A stretch of DNA of 56,988 nt, counting the filler, from Ionaspis alba (lineage: Eukaryota): assembly GCA_964255285.1 (NCBI GenBank). It is 4 parts of 4 records of this genome, joined end to end, with 100 filler letters (N's around TTAATTAATTAA, not from the genome) between each part and the next. Parts side by side here need not be neighbours in the genome. Positions count along the whole stretch, not along the records: positions 28,565 to 42,729 come from CAXUUL010000436.1; positions 42,830 to 56,988 come from CAXUUL010000437.1; 2 more parts are not named here. One strand, given 5' to 3'. Positions within the stretch are counted from its first letter, which is position 1. The number at the start of each line of letters is the position of its first letter. Made by a program: the position numbers and the translations under genes. A model generated the notes under the pieces. That model searched no databases. It saw only the letters and a program-made list of their open reading frames with translations, and was not told the DNA's origin. This document shows positions 39,593 through 50,829 of this stretch, piece by piece.

Positions 39593-41031
39593 GAGAACTA
39601 GTTCCTTACTGAGCCGCAGGTAACATCCATCTACATGGATAGAAGATTGACAGGGATAGGATCAGAGGTGGACGAAGGGTGCGAGTATGACGATGTCGCT
39701 GCCCTTGAAGCTCAGATCTGGAACAGGTGGTGCAGAGATAAAGCAAATGTTTGAAGATACCTTGGTTGTGTCGAGGTGAAAGGTAGAAGGTCTGAACTCA
39801 AGGATGGGTGGTCGTGTGAAGAAGTAGCAGGAGTGGTGAAGGAAGGAGCTCTTCGCTTGGCCATGCGGATTCAAGAGGCCATAGGCGATTGATGAGTTGG
39901 TCGAGAAACATCAAGCAATCTCGATGACTGCTAGTGTTGGAGGGCTTATGGCATGTACTTAGAGCTGAAACGGCCGAGAGACGGTAGATAGCAGAATGGT
40001 GAGAGGAAGACGTGAGCATAAGAGGATTGTATTAGGGAATAATGGCTACTTTGGGAAGCAGAATCGGAATCGATAGGCTCGTCACTCGGCTAAGTCTCCG
40101 CTAAGCCCTACATTAATATTTCTCGAAACAGTTGAGCAGATTTTGTATGAAGACAGGCGCATTGAAGCCTGCCAACCATTTTGCAAGCCGGATGCTCTCA
40201 CAGCATTCCATCAGAGATCCATACAGGTCATGATCTATGCAGTCACACTTACTGCCCATAGTGTCTGCTCAAATCGAGCGTAATCAAGGGTTGATCAAGC
40301 ACATATCATCAATATTTGGCCATAAGCTGACAATAGGTCCGCCGCTTAATTTGCCTTCGCATATTAACCATTCTATGGACTGGCCTACATCTTGCCGATG
40401 TTCTCTGAAAAAGCCCTGCCTAAGTATAGACGTGCTTGCAAGCACGGACCTTTGTTCAGAAAACTGCACGATGATGGCCTAAGAACTGATCATGGTAGTA
40501 TCAATCATTTAATTGAGCATGATTCACGACTCTTCGGATGAAAATATTCAAATTCTAGGAAGATAACCCAAGTACCAGACCCGCCAAATTATTTCACATG
40601 TCTTGGCCCTGCTGACTGGCCAGATTTCGACACTAGCTCCCCTGCTAGGCAGCACGACCACCGGAAAGCAATCCCCTACCTTCCCGTGGCTCCCTCCGAA
40701 AGCAACATCCCACCTTATGAATCATATGTAATTCCTCAGCTACTCTCCGAAGTATTTATCTTTGAACCACTTGGCGTTCTTTCATTCTTTATCTCTCCTC
40801 GGACTTCAATCCCTCCAGCTTATACAACATGCATACTGCAGGCTCCTGTTTCGGATGACTGCTCTGTCACTCTTAACTCCATTCAGCCGGAGCCTTTTCT
40901 GCAAACTCCGACCTCCCCACTCCTTTGCTCGTCCTCTTCGCAACACCCTCGAAATCCCCATTGCCATTCCTGCAATCTGCTAGAGCACGCTCTGTCTCTC
41001 CTCTCCAGACTCTTCTGATCAAACCTCGACA

Positions 41032-42185
41032 ATGGCGTCACAAAATCCAGCGTCGCAGGATGGAGCTGTGTTACCGTCAGCCGGCGGGTCACACGACTTT
41101 GAGACCAAACCTTTAACGCCTTCAAAACCGGAACTCACTACCAACGACACACTTCACGCCAAACCGCAAATGTCCAATGGATTAAATCACACCGGGCCGA
41201 CTCAAATGAACGGACATGCGGTCTCCCTAGCAGACAATAGCATGGACGAACTCTCCTCATACATCTTCCCCGTCAGCAAGCTAAGCACGTTCATGCAAGA
41301 TCCGTCAAAAACACCATTACTGTTGGTGGCGTGTGGATCGTTCTCTCCGATCACTTATCTGCATCTCCGTATGTTTGAGATGGTCGCGGACTACGTGAGG
41401 TTCAAGACAGAGTTTGAGATAGTGGGAGGATACTTGTCGCCAGTGTCAGACGCATACAAGAAGAAGGGATTGGCAAGTGCAAAAGACAGGTCAGTCACCC
41501 CTCAGGCTTGGTTGGTAATCAGGGTATGCTGATGCTTAGTAATAGAATCCGGATGTGCGAAATTGGTGCGATGCCCTCAGACTGGTTGATGGTAGATCCC
41601 TGGGAAGCAGTACAGAAAGAGTATACAAGAACAGCCCTGGTGTTGGATCACTTCGACCACGAAATCAACGTTGTGCGAGGCGGGGTCGCATTGTATGAAC
41701 CGAGCAAAGAGAGCAAGTCAGAAAATGGCACAGATGGCGCTCTCAATGGGGACAAGAAACTACGAAAACCTGTGCGAGTTGCGCTTTTGGCCGGTGCCGA
41801 CCTCATCGGAACAATGTCGACCCCAGGCGTCTGGAGCGACAATGATCTAGACCACATCCTGGGCAGATACGGCGCCTTCATAGTCGAGAGAACGGGCACA
41901 GATATCGATCAGGCACTGGCTCACTTGAAGCAATGGGAAAAGAACATCTATGTCATCCCACAGCAGATCCAAAACGATGTCAGCAGTACAAAGATCCGCC
42001 AGTTCCTTGCCCAATACATGAGCGTCCATTATCTCATTCCCGATCCGGTCATCAGATATATCGAGCAACATGGACTTTACGAAGACCACGATGCAGCTGC
42101 TAGTCTAAATCGGAAGAGGAAACATGGCAGGAATAAACCGTCTTTGAGCGCTTCGGATTCGGATTCCAACCTTTCCCAAAGCTAG
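41032..42185 (+). CDS. NMA1: Nicotinamide/nicotinate mononucleotide adenylyltransferase; exons 41032-41489, 41546-42185
   Basis: ACGSFSPITYLHLRMFE, SPVSDAYKKKGL, LLAGADLI and NDVSSTKIR. Confidence 0.95.
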
Positions 42186-42729
42186 ATGGAACAACCGGTG
42201 GACGGTTCTTTGCTCCTATATTACATCCTCCTCCTCGAACAGGTGGAGCGACTTAGCGACACGGTATGCCTTACTCGCCTTTCAAAAAACAACGTCATTC
42301 TTATTGAACTCGCCCTCATAGGCACGACTGATCCAAATGCTTCGTTGCCTCGAGTGCGTCTAAAACTGTTTACTGCCTCGGATCTCGAGACAGCCATCAA
42401 TGCTGTTACCACGTCTAGCGGTAATTGGCGAGACCTGACGACGTCGTAACCTAGAGTGCGATCACTTCGACTATCTGAAGCGCTTCATCGAAGTGTTCTT
42501 TGTCAAGATCATCGTTCAGAAGCAACTTATACGGAAGCTCTGGACCTGTGTTGGATTTAGTGATTCGTCCTTGATTGCTTGGCAGTGCTTACTCTTTCGT
42601 TCTCTCTATAAAGATTAGATTAGATCGCTTGGCAAGGACGACTTGTGTGTTCACTTTCTTTGATTGATACCCCGGATGCAGAATAGATAGGATAGACTGA
42701 CAATGCTATCAAAACTTTGTGCAAAATAT

Positions 42730-42829
42730 NNNNNNNNNNNNNNNNNNNNNNNNNNNNNNNNNNNNNNNNNNNNTTAATTAATTAANNNNNNNNNNNNNNN
42801 NNNNNNNNNNNNNNNNNNNNNNNNNNNNN
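42730..42829. other. Artificial scaffold linker (N44-TTAATTAATTAA-N44)
   Basis: 12-mer at 42774-42785. Confidence 0.95.
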
Positions 42830-43859
42830 AACAACCTCAGTTGAGATTCTATCCACGATCGCTTCTGACTCGCCGCTTCAATCCGGCCTGGTCGAGCCTA
42901 CGCTCTTTGTCGAACAACGACTCCCGTTCATTAAGGGATGTGTGGGGACGACTGCATCCTTGTACGAGCCAAGCTTCGGAGTTCAATAATGATCCTAATG
43001 CTTTTGCACTTTTGCTCGCCATTCTCCCCAATTCACGGACGTTTGAAATCCCCAGCTGGCCAGGTGCAACCGATCGAACGAGGTTTTTCGTTGCTGTTGA
43101 CTCTGTGTCCATCGGTCGGGATCAACACATGATGGGTGCGCCTAGTAATTTGGAAAAGGTTACCATGAGCCATTCTCTCAACCCACCAAACCTTGACGAG
43201 TTGGTTGGTTGGACTCAACTTCCATCTGTGCGATGTCTGCACGGGCACTTCATGCAACGTTCTCCCTCCGACGACGAATTCTGGGCTGCAAAAAGCTGGA
43301 GAACATTAAAGAGATCTCCCTCACCGCTAGTTGCATAAACGCTAAGACCATCCTGCAGATGTTACAAAGGACAAGATTGCTCAAAGTTTTAGATACCACT
43401 TTGTCCAACAGTACATTTTGGGGGGGGGTTTGAACCTCTGTCTATCTGCGAGTGTCTAATCACAAACACAGGAAATACTCTTGAACGCCTCGCACTAAGC
43501 GGCGTGTAGAGGTTTCGAGTGGTCAAAAGACTTACGAGGCATCTCGGCTCGTTGCGAAGCTTGAAGGTCCTGAAGAGTATTGAGTTTGATAGCAGATTTC
43601 TGAGAGCTTCTAGCGGTGTTGTGAAGCTAATAGACATACTGCCGAGCTCGATCGAATCAGTCGAGTTCAGGATTTGGGACGGGAGGACAGTAAGAGCGTC
43701 GCTAGTAGGTATGGACAAATGCGCGAAAGCAAATTACCAATACTCCAGGACCTTATGCTCAGCATCGACCGCTCTTCAGTGTCAGACTCATTTCGGGTGT
43801 TTTGCAGGAACATTGGCTTGAAAGTTGTAGAAAAGAGATTGAGTGGGATTCGAGATTGA
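42830..43859 (+). pseudogene. Degraded LRR-like (fungal F-box-associated type) gene, 5' part missing
   Basis: Fragments ALLLAILPN, QLPSVRCLHG, NIKEISLTASCI, TLERLAL, LGSLRSLKVLKSIE and LIDILPSSIESV lie in alternating frames, with at least 3 frameshifts and an in-frame TAG at 43507. Confidence 0.55.
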
Positions 43860-44251
43860 AGCATCTTCCCAGCATAGTTTGATGTAGACCCTTGTGGACA
43901 CTATAGACGTCTAGTTTATGTGTTGCCTCGACAAGAAGTGGATATTAAGAGGCGAATCATGATACTCACGCCCAGATATTTCATTCAGCTTAGGTATAAA
44001 AGTAAGTTGTATAAAAATTCTCATACGATTTTCAGAGCATGCGGCTTGATGTTGAGCCTTTCTCGTGTTATCTATCATCTCGTCAATGACCTTGATCAAT
44101 AGACCGATATCGAAGAGTGAAGAACATAGGTTTATACTCATGGAACCGAACACCAGTCCCTTGATCACATCTTCCTTATATTACTCCAATATCCTGTATC
44201 TCTCAAGTCAGAACACGCTGCTATCCGCTCAAGTGCTCACTCCTCATCGTC

Positions 44252-45556
44252 TCAATACTGGCTATCCGTTTCAAAGGCATCTGATAATCTCTCTCCCGCA
44301 TTTTCATCCGAACTCGAATCGATCCACTGCCCTTCGCCTTTCCTCAACTCGTTCAAAACCTTGACATCCCAATTGGATACCTCGTGGCCCTCTTTGTAAT
44401 GGTTTTTTGCGCCAAGAGCGATATCAAATTCTTTCTGTGCCTTGTCGTATTCTCCTTGCCCAAAGTAGGCCACAGCCAGGTAGAACGAGCACCTCGCTAT
44501 GAGAGGCTGATAAGCCAACTCATTCGCCAACCGTAGCGCCTCCGCAATCGTGGCCTCCACTTCCTTGAAATGGTTGAGCGCCGACTTCAGCCTGCAACGA
44601 TTTAGGAGAACCTCCACCGTCAGCTCATTCACCTGGTCCTTGACCGTCGGCCACAAAAACTGCCCGGCATCACTCTCGTTCTCTAATGCCGGTGGAGTGC
44701 CATCGGGGCTGCCATCCCGTACAGGAATATTACGACTAGAATTGGGTGCGTACCATCGCTCACGGACCTCACCTCTTTGAGTATCGCGCGCTAGAATCGT
44801 CACCTCACCAGGCTCGGCTCCGTATAATTGCTCGTAGGCCTTGAGTCGGTTGTTTTGGGCATCGAGCTGCGCCTGGAGCGCCAATCGTTCCTTCTTCTCC
44901 TGGAATGCCTTTGACGCGGCCTTCATGACCAGCTCCCGCATCACGCTATCGTTGTGGTCTTTGGATTTGACGAACTCATCAAAGTGTTCGCGACGAACCG
45001 GTCCCGTTTTCCCGCGATAGTAGTCCTTTTCGCGCTCCGCGGCCAACTGCTCTTCAGTCACTGGCTTGGCTTCGGTGGCCAATTTCGCAGCAAACCTCTT
45101 GCTGAGCTCAAACATGGTTTTGTCGTGGCGGTCAGGTTTCTTGGTTGGATCGCGATCTGGGTATTCTGTTTCTCCGGGTTCGACTTTGAAGTATTCGTTG
45201 TATCTCTGAGCAAGGTCGCGAGCTGCGTCTGAGCCACCACGTTTCAAGTGGGCGGCCGGTGGGAAAATGGATGCACTGGTCGAGGGGACGCCAGCCTTCT
45301 GCTCTGGGATGGTGAGGCGAGGAAACGATCTCCAGTCCTTGTCGGCAGGATGGACATAAGCTTCATTACCATTCGTACCTTTATTGCGCTATTAGCCTAA
45401 TAGAATAGACAATTCCGTAAGGAGAGACATACTCTCGGCTTGGCTGCTATCCTGTGGCACTTGCGTGATGGATTGTGCATCGGTTCCGTCACCATCACCC
45501 TTGCCGTTCTCATGCAAGTCAGCAACATCCTTCACTTTATTCTTCCGTTTAGCCAT
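44252..45556 (-). CDS. Hypothetical protein with a coiled coil and C-terminal TPR-like helices; one intron starting at 45432
   Basis: MAKRKNKV exon spliced in frame to the 331-aa ORF. TPR-like AEALRLANELAYQPLIARCSFYLAVAYFGQGEYDKAQKEF. Confidence 0.65.
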
Positions 45557-45930
45557 TGCAAGCAATTCTGCACTGTCTTCTTAGGTATGCAGACGGGCTT
45601 TTAGGCGGTTCACCGATGGGGCAGTGGCCAGAAGCGTCACAACAGATTAGATCTCTGATTGTTTGAATTATCAAGGATGAAGTATCCGAGGGAAACACGT
45701 AAGTGCAATCAAGAAGTTCTGCACTATCGATACTCTTTGTTGAGACATCGTGCATATATTGCCAATATGTTTCCGGATGCGGATGAGGTTCTTGCACAAA
45801 CAAACAAAGCGGATCACCAAGCATTCCGGAAACAAGTGGAACAGTGTGAACCAATAGCATGTCATAGGAATTTAGGGGTCAAGGCCAGAGTAAAGAGATT
45901 GATGTGGTTTTATTAAGAGTTGTACTGGAT

Positions 45931-46677
45931 CTAGAAAACACCCTTGGAAAGCACGAAGTTCGGATCACCGCCCGGTAGCTCATCACGTTTCTTCTCGGCA
46001 ATGGCGCGGTTGAGCTCCGAGAGCTCCGCATAGCCTTCGCTATGCGAACCAAGCACGAAGCACCATTCGGCATCTGCGTACCTACCTAGATGCAAAAAGC
46101 AGAGGCCTCGATGGAACTGAGCCTTGCCAATGAGTGCATGGAGTTCATGCCTTCGTACAACTCGGACACATTCTTCTGTGTGACCCAGGGCTCTTTCGGC
46201 CTGGCCAGACGATCGTAGAATGGACGAGTAGAGTAGCCCTGAGTTGACACGATCGGTGGGACTAATCTTATTGCCCACCACGAGTGGGGTTAGCTTCGCG
46301 AGCGCTTGCTGAGCGTTACCTGCCTGCCAGGATGCCTCTGCCGATCGAATGATGGGATTATTCGTAGGATCGACGAGCCATGTTCCACCTATCCACGTCG
46401 ACCCTAACCTGTCCCTCTTTGCAGGGATGTTGGCGTTCCTAGAAGCTCTGAGGCTCGCCGGGACTGAGGTGGCCGGAAATGGACTAGCGAGTGTTACTAC
46501 CTTCTCCGTCAGTGCGTCCTGCGCAGATGTTAGCAACTCATCAAGCTCCATGTTCTGACGCTGAAGTTCGATGATCGTAGACTGTGAATACCTGAGCTTC
46601 GCACGGAGTGTGTCCCGCTCTTGGACCACCTCCACGAGCAAGGCCGCAAGGTCACCGCACCCTTTACCTCCTGCCAT
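45931..46677 (-). CDS. Hypothetical protein with an N-terminal coiled coil and TPR-like helices
   Basis: 248-aa intronless ORF. Heptad-like ERDTLRAKL...ELQRQNMELDELL and TPR-like LIGKAQFHRGLCFLHLGRYADAEWCF. Confidence 0.7.
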   Translation of the reverse strand: MAGGKGCGDLAALLVEVVQERDTLRAKLRYSQSTIIELQRQNMELDELLTSAQDALTEKVVTLASPFPATSVPASLRASRNANIPAKRDRLGSTWIGGTWLVDPTNNPIIRSAEASWQAGNAQQALAKLTPLVVGNKISPTDRVNSGLLYSSILRSSGQAERALGHTEECVRVVRRHELHALIGKAQFHRGLCFLHLGRYADAEWCFVLGSHSEGYAELSELNRAIAEKKRDELPGGDPNFVLSKGVF

Positions 46678-47100
46678 GAGACTTATGGTGAGGAAGCTAT
46701 GAGAAGGAGCTCAGAACGTGCGATTGAGCGAAGAGATCAGGAGCCACAAGAATGGTGGATTTATCGTAACCTTAATAATGTCCGATGGATCAAATCCATT
46801 GTTCGAGAAGAAAGAACAATAATTTTGTACTCATTGTTAGAACCATGAAAGGTCGACAATGTATGGGCAACAAAGCATTGGGCCTGAAGGGTCGAGCCAA
46901 AGCTTGTGAACAATCATCAAATTTTATGCAAGCAAACAGTTGTTAAGCATTGAGAATAACAGTGAATCCTTAAAAGTACGTCATAAAACGAATCTGCAAG
47001 ACGTAGTGAATAATATCTATCCCAGTTGCTGTTTTCATCATTGTGACAAACTGTTGACTTGCCTTAAGCTTCTTAGTGCCTAAAGTCAGACGGCTTTTAA

Positions 47101-47117
47101 GCGCGTCGCGTCGCGTC
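47101..47117. promoter_or_regulatory. Tandem CGCG (MCB-like) elements
   Basis: GCGCGTCGCGTCGCGTC about 150 nt upstream of the RNase H2C ATG. Confidence 0.45.
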
Positions 47118-47263
47118 AATCTATACCCCACTGGCTGAGACCTCACAATTCTGCGATTGTTGCACCAACTTGGAATACGTATCCATTCTTCATTTTGCTC
47201 TGCTTCTACGTTTGATGCCAAAGTCATCATCTCCTTTAGCGACATAGTTACCTAGTTGGCAAA

Positions 47264-47838
47264 ATGCTGTCAATTCAGCGACCGTCCTCTTCGACATCCT
47301 CCAGGCCATCATCGAAGCTCGTTCCCAACATCCTCCCCTGCCGCATCAACCACGACGGGCCGGTCGACGCCAAGAAGCGCTTCTGGGATGTAGAGGACGA
47401 AGAGGGACCACAGAAAAAGAAAACAGCTTACTTTCGTGGTAGGAAATTGGTAGGATCTGAGCTAGGACTGCAAGAAGGATATAGAGGTGTGTAGAGTTCT
47501 GCGTGGGATCCAAGCACTGCAATGAGGAGCGACTTTCACTAAAAAGCGTAGGTGTCATCGTACGCTCGACCGGACGAAACATGCCTATGGTCACGAAGGA
47601 AGACCACAGGCGCCTTCCTGCGCCAATAGAAGGCGACGAAGAGGAGGACGAAGAGGAGGAGGAAGTAGAGCCGGTCAGGATATTAAAAGAGATAGCGACT
47701 TTCGACTCGATAATTGTATGGGACCATGAGAAGATGCCAGAGAGCGAAGATCCATTCATGAAAGGCATGAACGAGTGGATCGGATTTGCAGAAGTCATGC
47801 ACTCGTTCGAGGACACTGGCGACAAAGCGCCGTCGTAA
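47264..47838 (+). CDS. RNH203: Ribonuclease H2 non-catalytic subunit C; exons 47264-47486, 47552-47838
   Basis: NILPCRINHDGPV, AYFRGRKLVG, EGYRGV, ATFDSIIVWDHE and EWIGFAEVMH. Confidence 0.9.
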
Positions 47839-48028
47839 TGAGGGTTCCAACTGATGGTGGGCCACGCTCTGAATGTCAAATGGTAGCCGTTGTTGTCATT
47901 GGATATAGCCAAAGCAGATCGAATAACTAATTTTGCGTCTTCGGAGCCCCATGAGAGGTCACGATCCCAAAGCGACTTCTCGACATCCACATATTAGGTG
48001 AATCAATGCCTAAAGTCGCGGCGTATTT

Positions 48029-48577
48029 TCAACCGGGTGCAACCTCGATTTTCTTGTTCTTGATAGTCTTGACCGTCTCAGTAGACTTTCTCTCTTTCTC
48101 CCACTCCTTCTGCTCCTTCAAGAACTCTTGTTTCTTCGTCTGATATCCATCATGTGCTCGACACCTTTCCCAGAACTCCTTGAAAATCAAGCTGGACTCT
48201 TCTTTCTCCTCCTTCCCTCTGTGCCTAGCACTCTTCTCCATCTGCACCTTCTTCTCTCCTTCAGCGTTCACGTCTTGTGTATACTTCTTTCCACCTTTGT
48301 AGTTGGCATACCGCTTTGCCCTCGTCATACCCATCTGGATGAACTTCCTGCACATATCCATACCCACGAAATCATCGTCTGCGTCGTAAGCTAGAAATCG
48401 AGCATAGAGAGCTTCTGCCGACGTTTTGGCAATGGAAGGCGTGCGAAAGCGCCATAAGGGAAGGAGGATGGATTTATAAGGTTCGAAGGTCAAAACTCCA
48501 GTCTCGCCACGAGCAATGCGGTAGGACATTCGTAAAGCTTGAGATGTGGCTGCAGTGGTTGTAGATGAGTGTGACAT
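48029..48577 (-). CDS. DUF4385 family protein
   Basis: YRIARGETGVLTFEPYKSILLPLWRFRT and DFVGMDMCRKFIQMGMTRAKRYANYKGGKKY, recognised from memory of the family. Intronless. Confidence 0.8.
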   Translation of the reverse strand: MSHSSTTTAATSQALRMSYRIARGETGVLTFEPYKSILLPLWRFRTPSIAKTSAEALYARFLAYDADDDFVGMDMCRKFIQMGMTRAKRYANYKGGKKYTQDVNAEGEKKVQMEKSARHRGKEEKEESSLIFKEFWERCRAHDGYQTKKQEFLKEQKEWEKERKSTETVKTIKNKKIEVAPG

Positions 48578-48778
48578 AATCAGAGTAGTGATAAAGAATG
48601 CTGGAATTTGCGGCAAATCATTGATCATCGCTGCCGCGCCCGCTTAATTTTGTATCGCTTTCACCGGGCTTGAGCGACCGACCGACAACAACGAAGCACA
48701 TCAACCCTTCAGAGTTCACAACGCGATATTTCATCTGCTGAAAGCGGAGGATCGTTACCCTACGACTCTGCGACAAAG

Positions 48779-50829
48779 ATGGCGCCCCGAGATTTATCAG
48801 AAGATCGCAAGAATACGCCAGATCCCGTCGAAAAAGGCCTGGCAACGATCAGTACTCTGAGGTAAGCCTGTAAAAGCAGCTTCCCTGTTCTGCATCGAAT
48901 AATGAATTAAAACTAGTCGCTGATGAACTTGCAGAATTGGAGTCAAGGCCTTTGTTGAGAAAGTGAGTGTTTCTGCTTTAGTTGCAACCGCTCGCTTGTA
49001 TATTGCTGCCGTTGCACTTCATGTATTTCTGCTGTCTCTTGCTACTACACTTTGTCTTCGCACGAATTCTTTGAACACTGTACAGCGATATAAAATCTGG
49101 ATGAGTCTACCAGTATCTACAGAGATGACTGCTTAGCGTTCTCCAATACTGACATCTTAATCAGGATGGCGAGAAACGCAAGGCAGAAATCTTGTCCATC
49201 CAGACCAAGAAAGGCCAGCCAAATTATTAGTGTGTCACTTCACATCTGTGTCCTACGGCTTTCACTAACGGCTTATAAGTGTTCATTATGAAGAGTTCAA
49301 CAAACGTCTAGATGGTAGGCCCCCATTCTTTCCTACCAACACCGAAGCTGCATCCTGCACTACAACCTACTGACGTTGCCTCAGAATGGGTGCCCCTCAC
49401 CCGCATTGACTTAACTCAAGAAGTCGAATGGCCCGCGCCAGAAGCTCCGCCTAAAAAGGCTCCTAAGGCAACAAATGCCGCCGCCGCTGCTCCGAAAGCC
49501 TTAGCTCAACGCGTGGGCCAGAAGCGTCCACGCCCGTCCGCACTCTCTCGTGACATATCCGCCACCCCTGAGTTGGGCCCTCTCACCGGTAATAGCCTCC
49601 CTCCGAACCGGCCTTCTCTGGCAAGTGGCAAAGAGAACTCCCGCCAGGACTCCGACACGTCCGTCTCCGTCCTAGCTCCTGAGCTACAACCCGGCACGCC
49701 GACTGCGGGCGACGAAGACCTTGATCTAGTCGACGTGCAAGATGCGGCCGCGGCGGCGAAAGCCTCCAATGCGCCAGGCACTACGAAGCCGTACTCGCGC
49801 GAGGAGGAGATCTCCAGGCTGCGTGTCGGCGGCTCGATGACGCAGAACCAAACGGAGATCTCGCGGGTGCGGAATTTGTCGCGCATAGCGATGGGAGCAC
49901 ACGAGATGGAACCTTGGTATTTCTCGCCGTATCCGCTTACATTCACTGAGTCCGATATCGTCTATATTTGCGAATTCTGTCTTTCGTACTTCGACACGAC
50001 CCGCGGCTTTGAGAGACACCGCGCCAAGTGTACGCTGTTACATCCACCAGGAAACGAGATCTACCGGGATGACTATGTTAGCTTTTTCGAGATCGACGGG
50101 AGGAGGCAGCGGACTTGGTGTCGGAATCTGTGCTTGCTGAGTAAGCTGTTTTTGGATCATAAGACGCTCTATTATGATGTCGATCCGTTCCTTTTCTATT
50201 GCATGACGACGAGGGACGAGCATGGGTGCCACCTCGTTGGGTACTTTTCGAAAGAGAAAGAGTCCGCTGAAGGCTACAACGTGGCTTGTATCTTGACACT
50301 GCCACAGTTCCAACGGAAGGGGTATGGAAAGCTGCTCATTGCTTTCAGCTACGAGCTTAGTAAGAGGGAAGGCAAGCTGGGAAGTCCGGAAAAGCCACTA
50401 AGTGATCTCGGCCTCTTAGGATATCGAGCTTTTTGGCAAGAGACGGTCGTGGGAGCCTTGATGGACGGGGATCCGCCTAGAAGCGAGATAAGTGTCGAGG
50501 AGGTGGGAGCATTGACGGCTATGACTACAGGCGATGTGCTGCATACTTTGCAAAATCTGAATATGTTACGGTACTCGGTAAGTCCTCTTCTTCCATGTAG
50601 CGTCTTTATTTGAAGATTTACATTGGCCATCTGGCTCAGGAAAAGTAGCTGAAAACTAATGCTACTATAGAAAGGTCAACATGTTATTGTGCTCACGGAC
50701 GCCATTGTAGAACAGAGGGAGAAGCAATTGCAGAAGGAGAAAATAAAAGGCAAGCGCCGGATAGATCCCGAGCGACTGCAGTGGAAACCGCCTGTCTTTT
50801 CTGCGTCGTCCAGGACCTGGAATTGGTAG
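48779..50829 (+). CDS. ESA1: MYST histone acetyltransferase Esa1/Tip60; exons 48779-48861, 48935-48962, 49165-49229, 49280-49314, 49385-50577, 50671-50829
   Basis: Tudor-knot [25 protein letters not shown]2HC finger, [29 protein letters not shown] and [11 protein letters not shown]. Confidence 0.96.
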
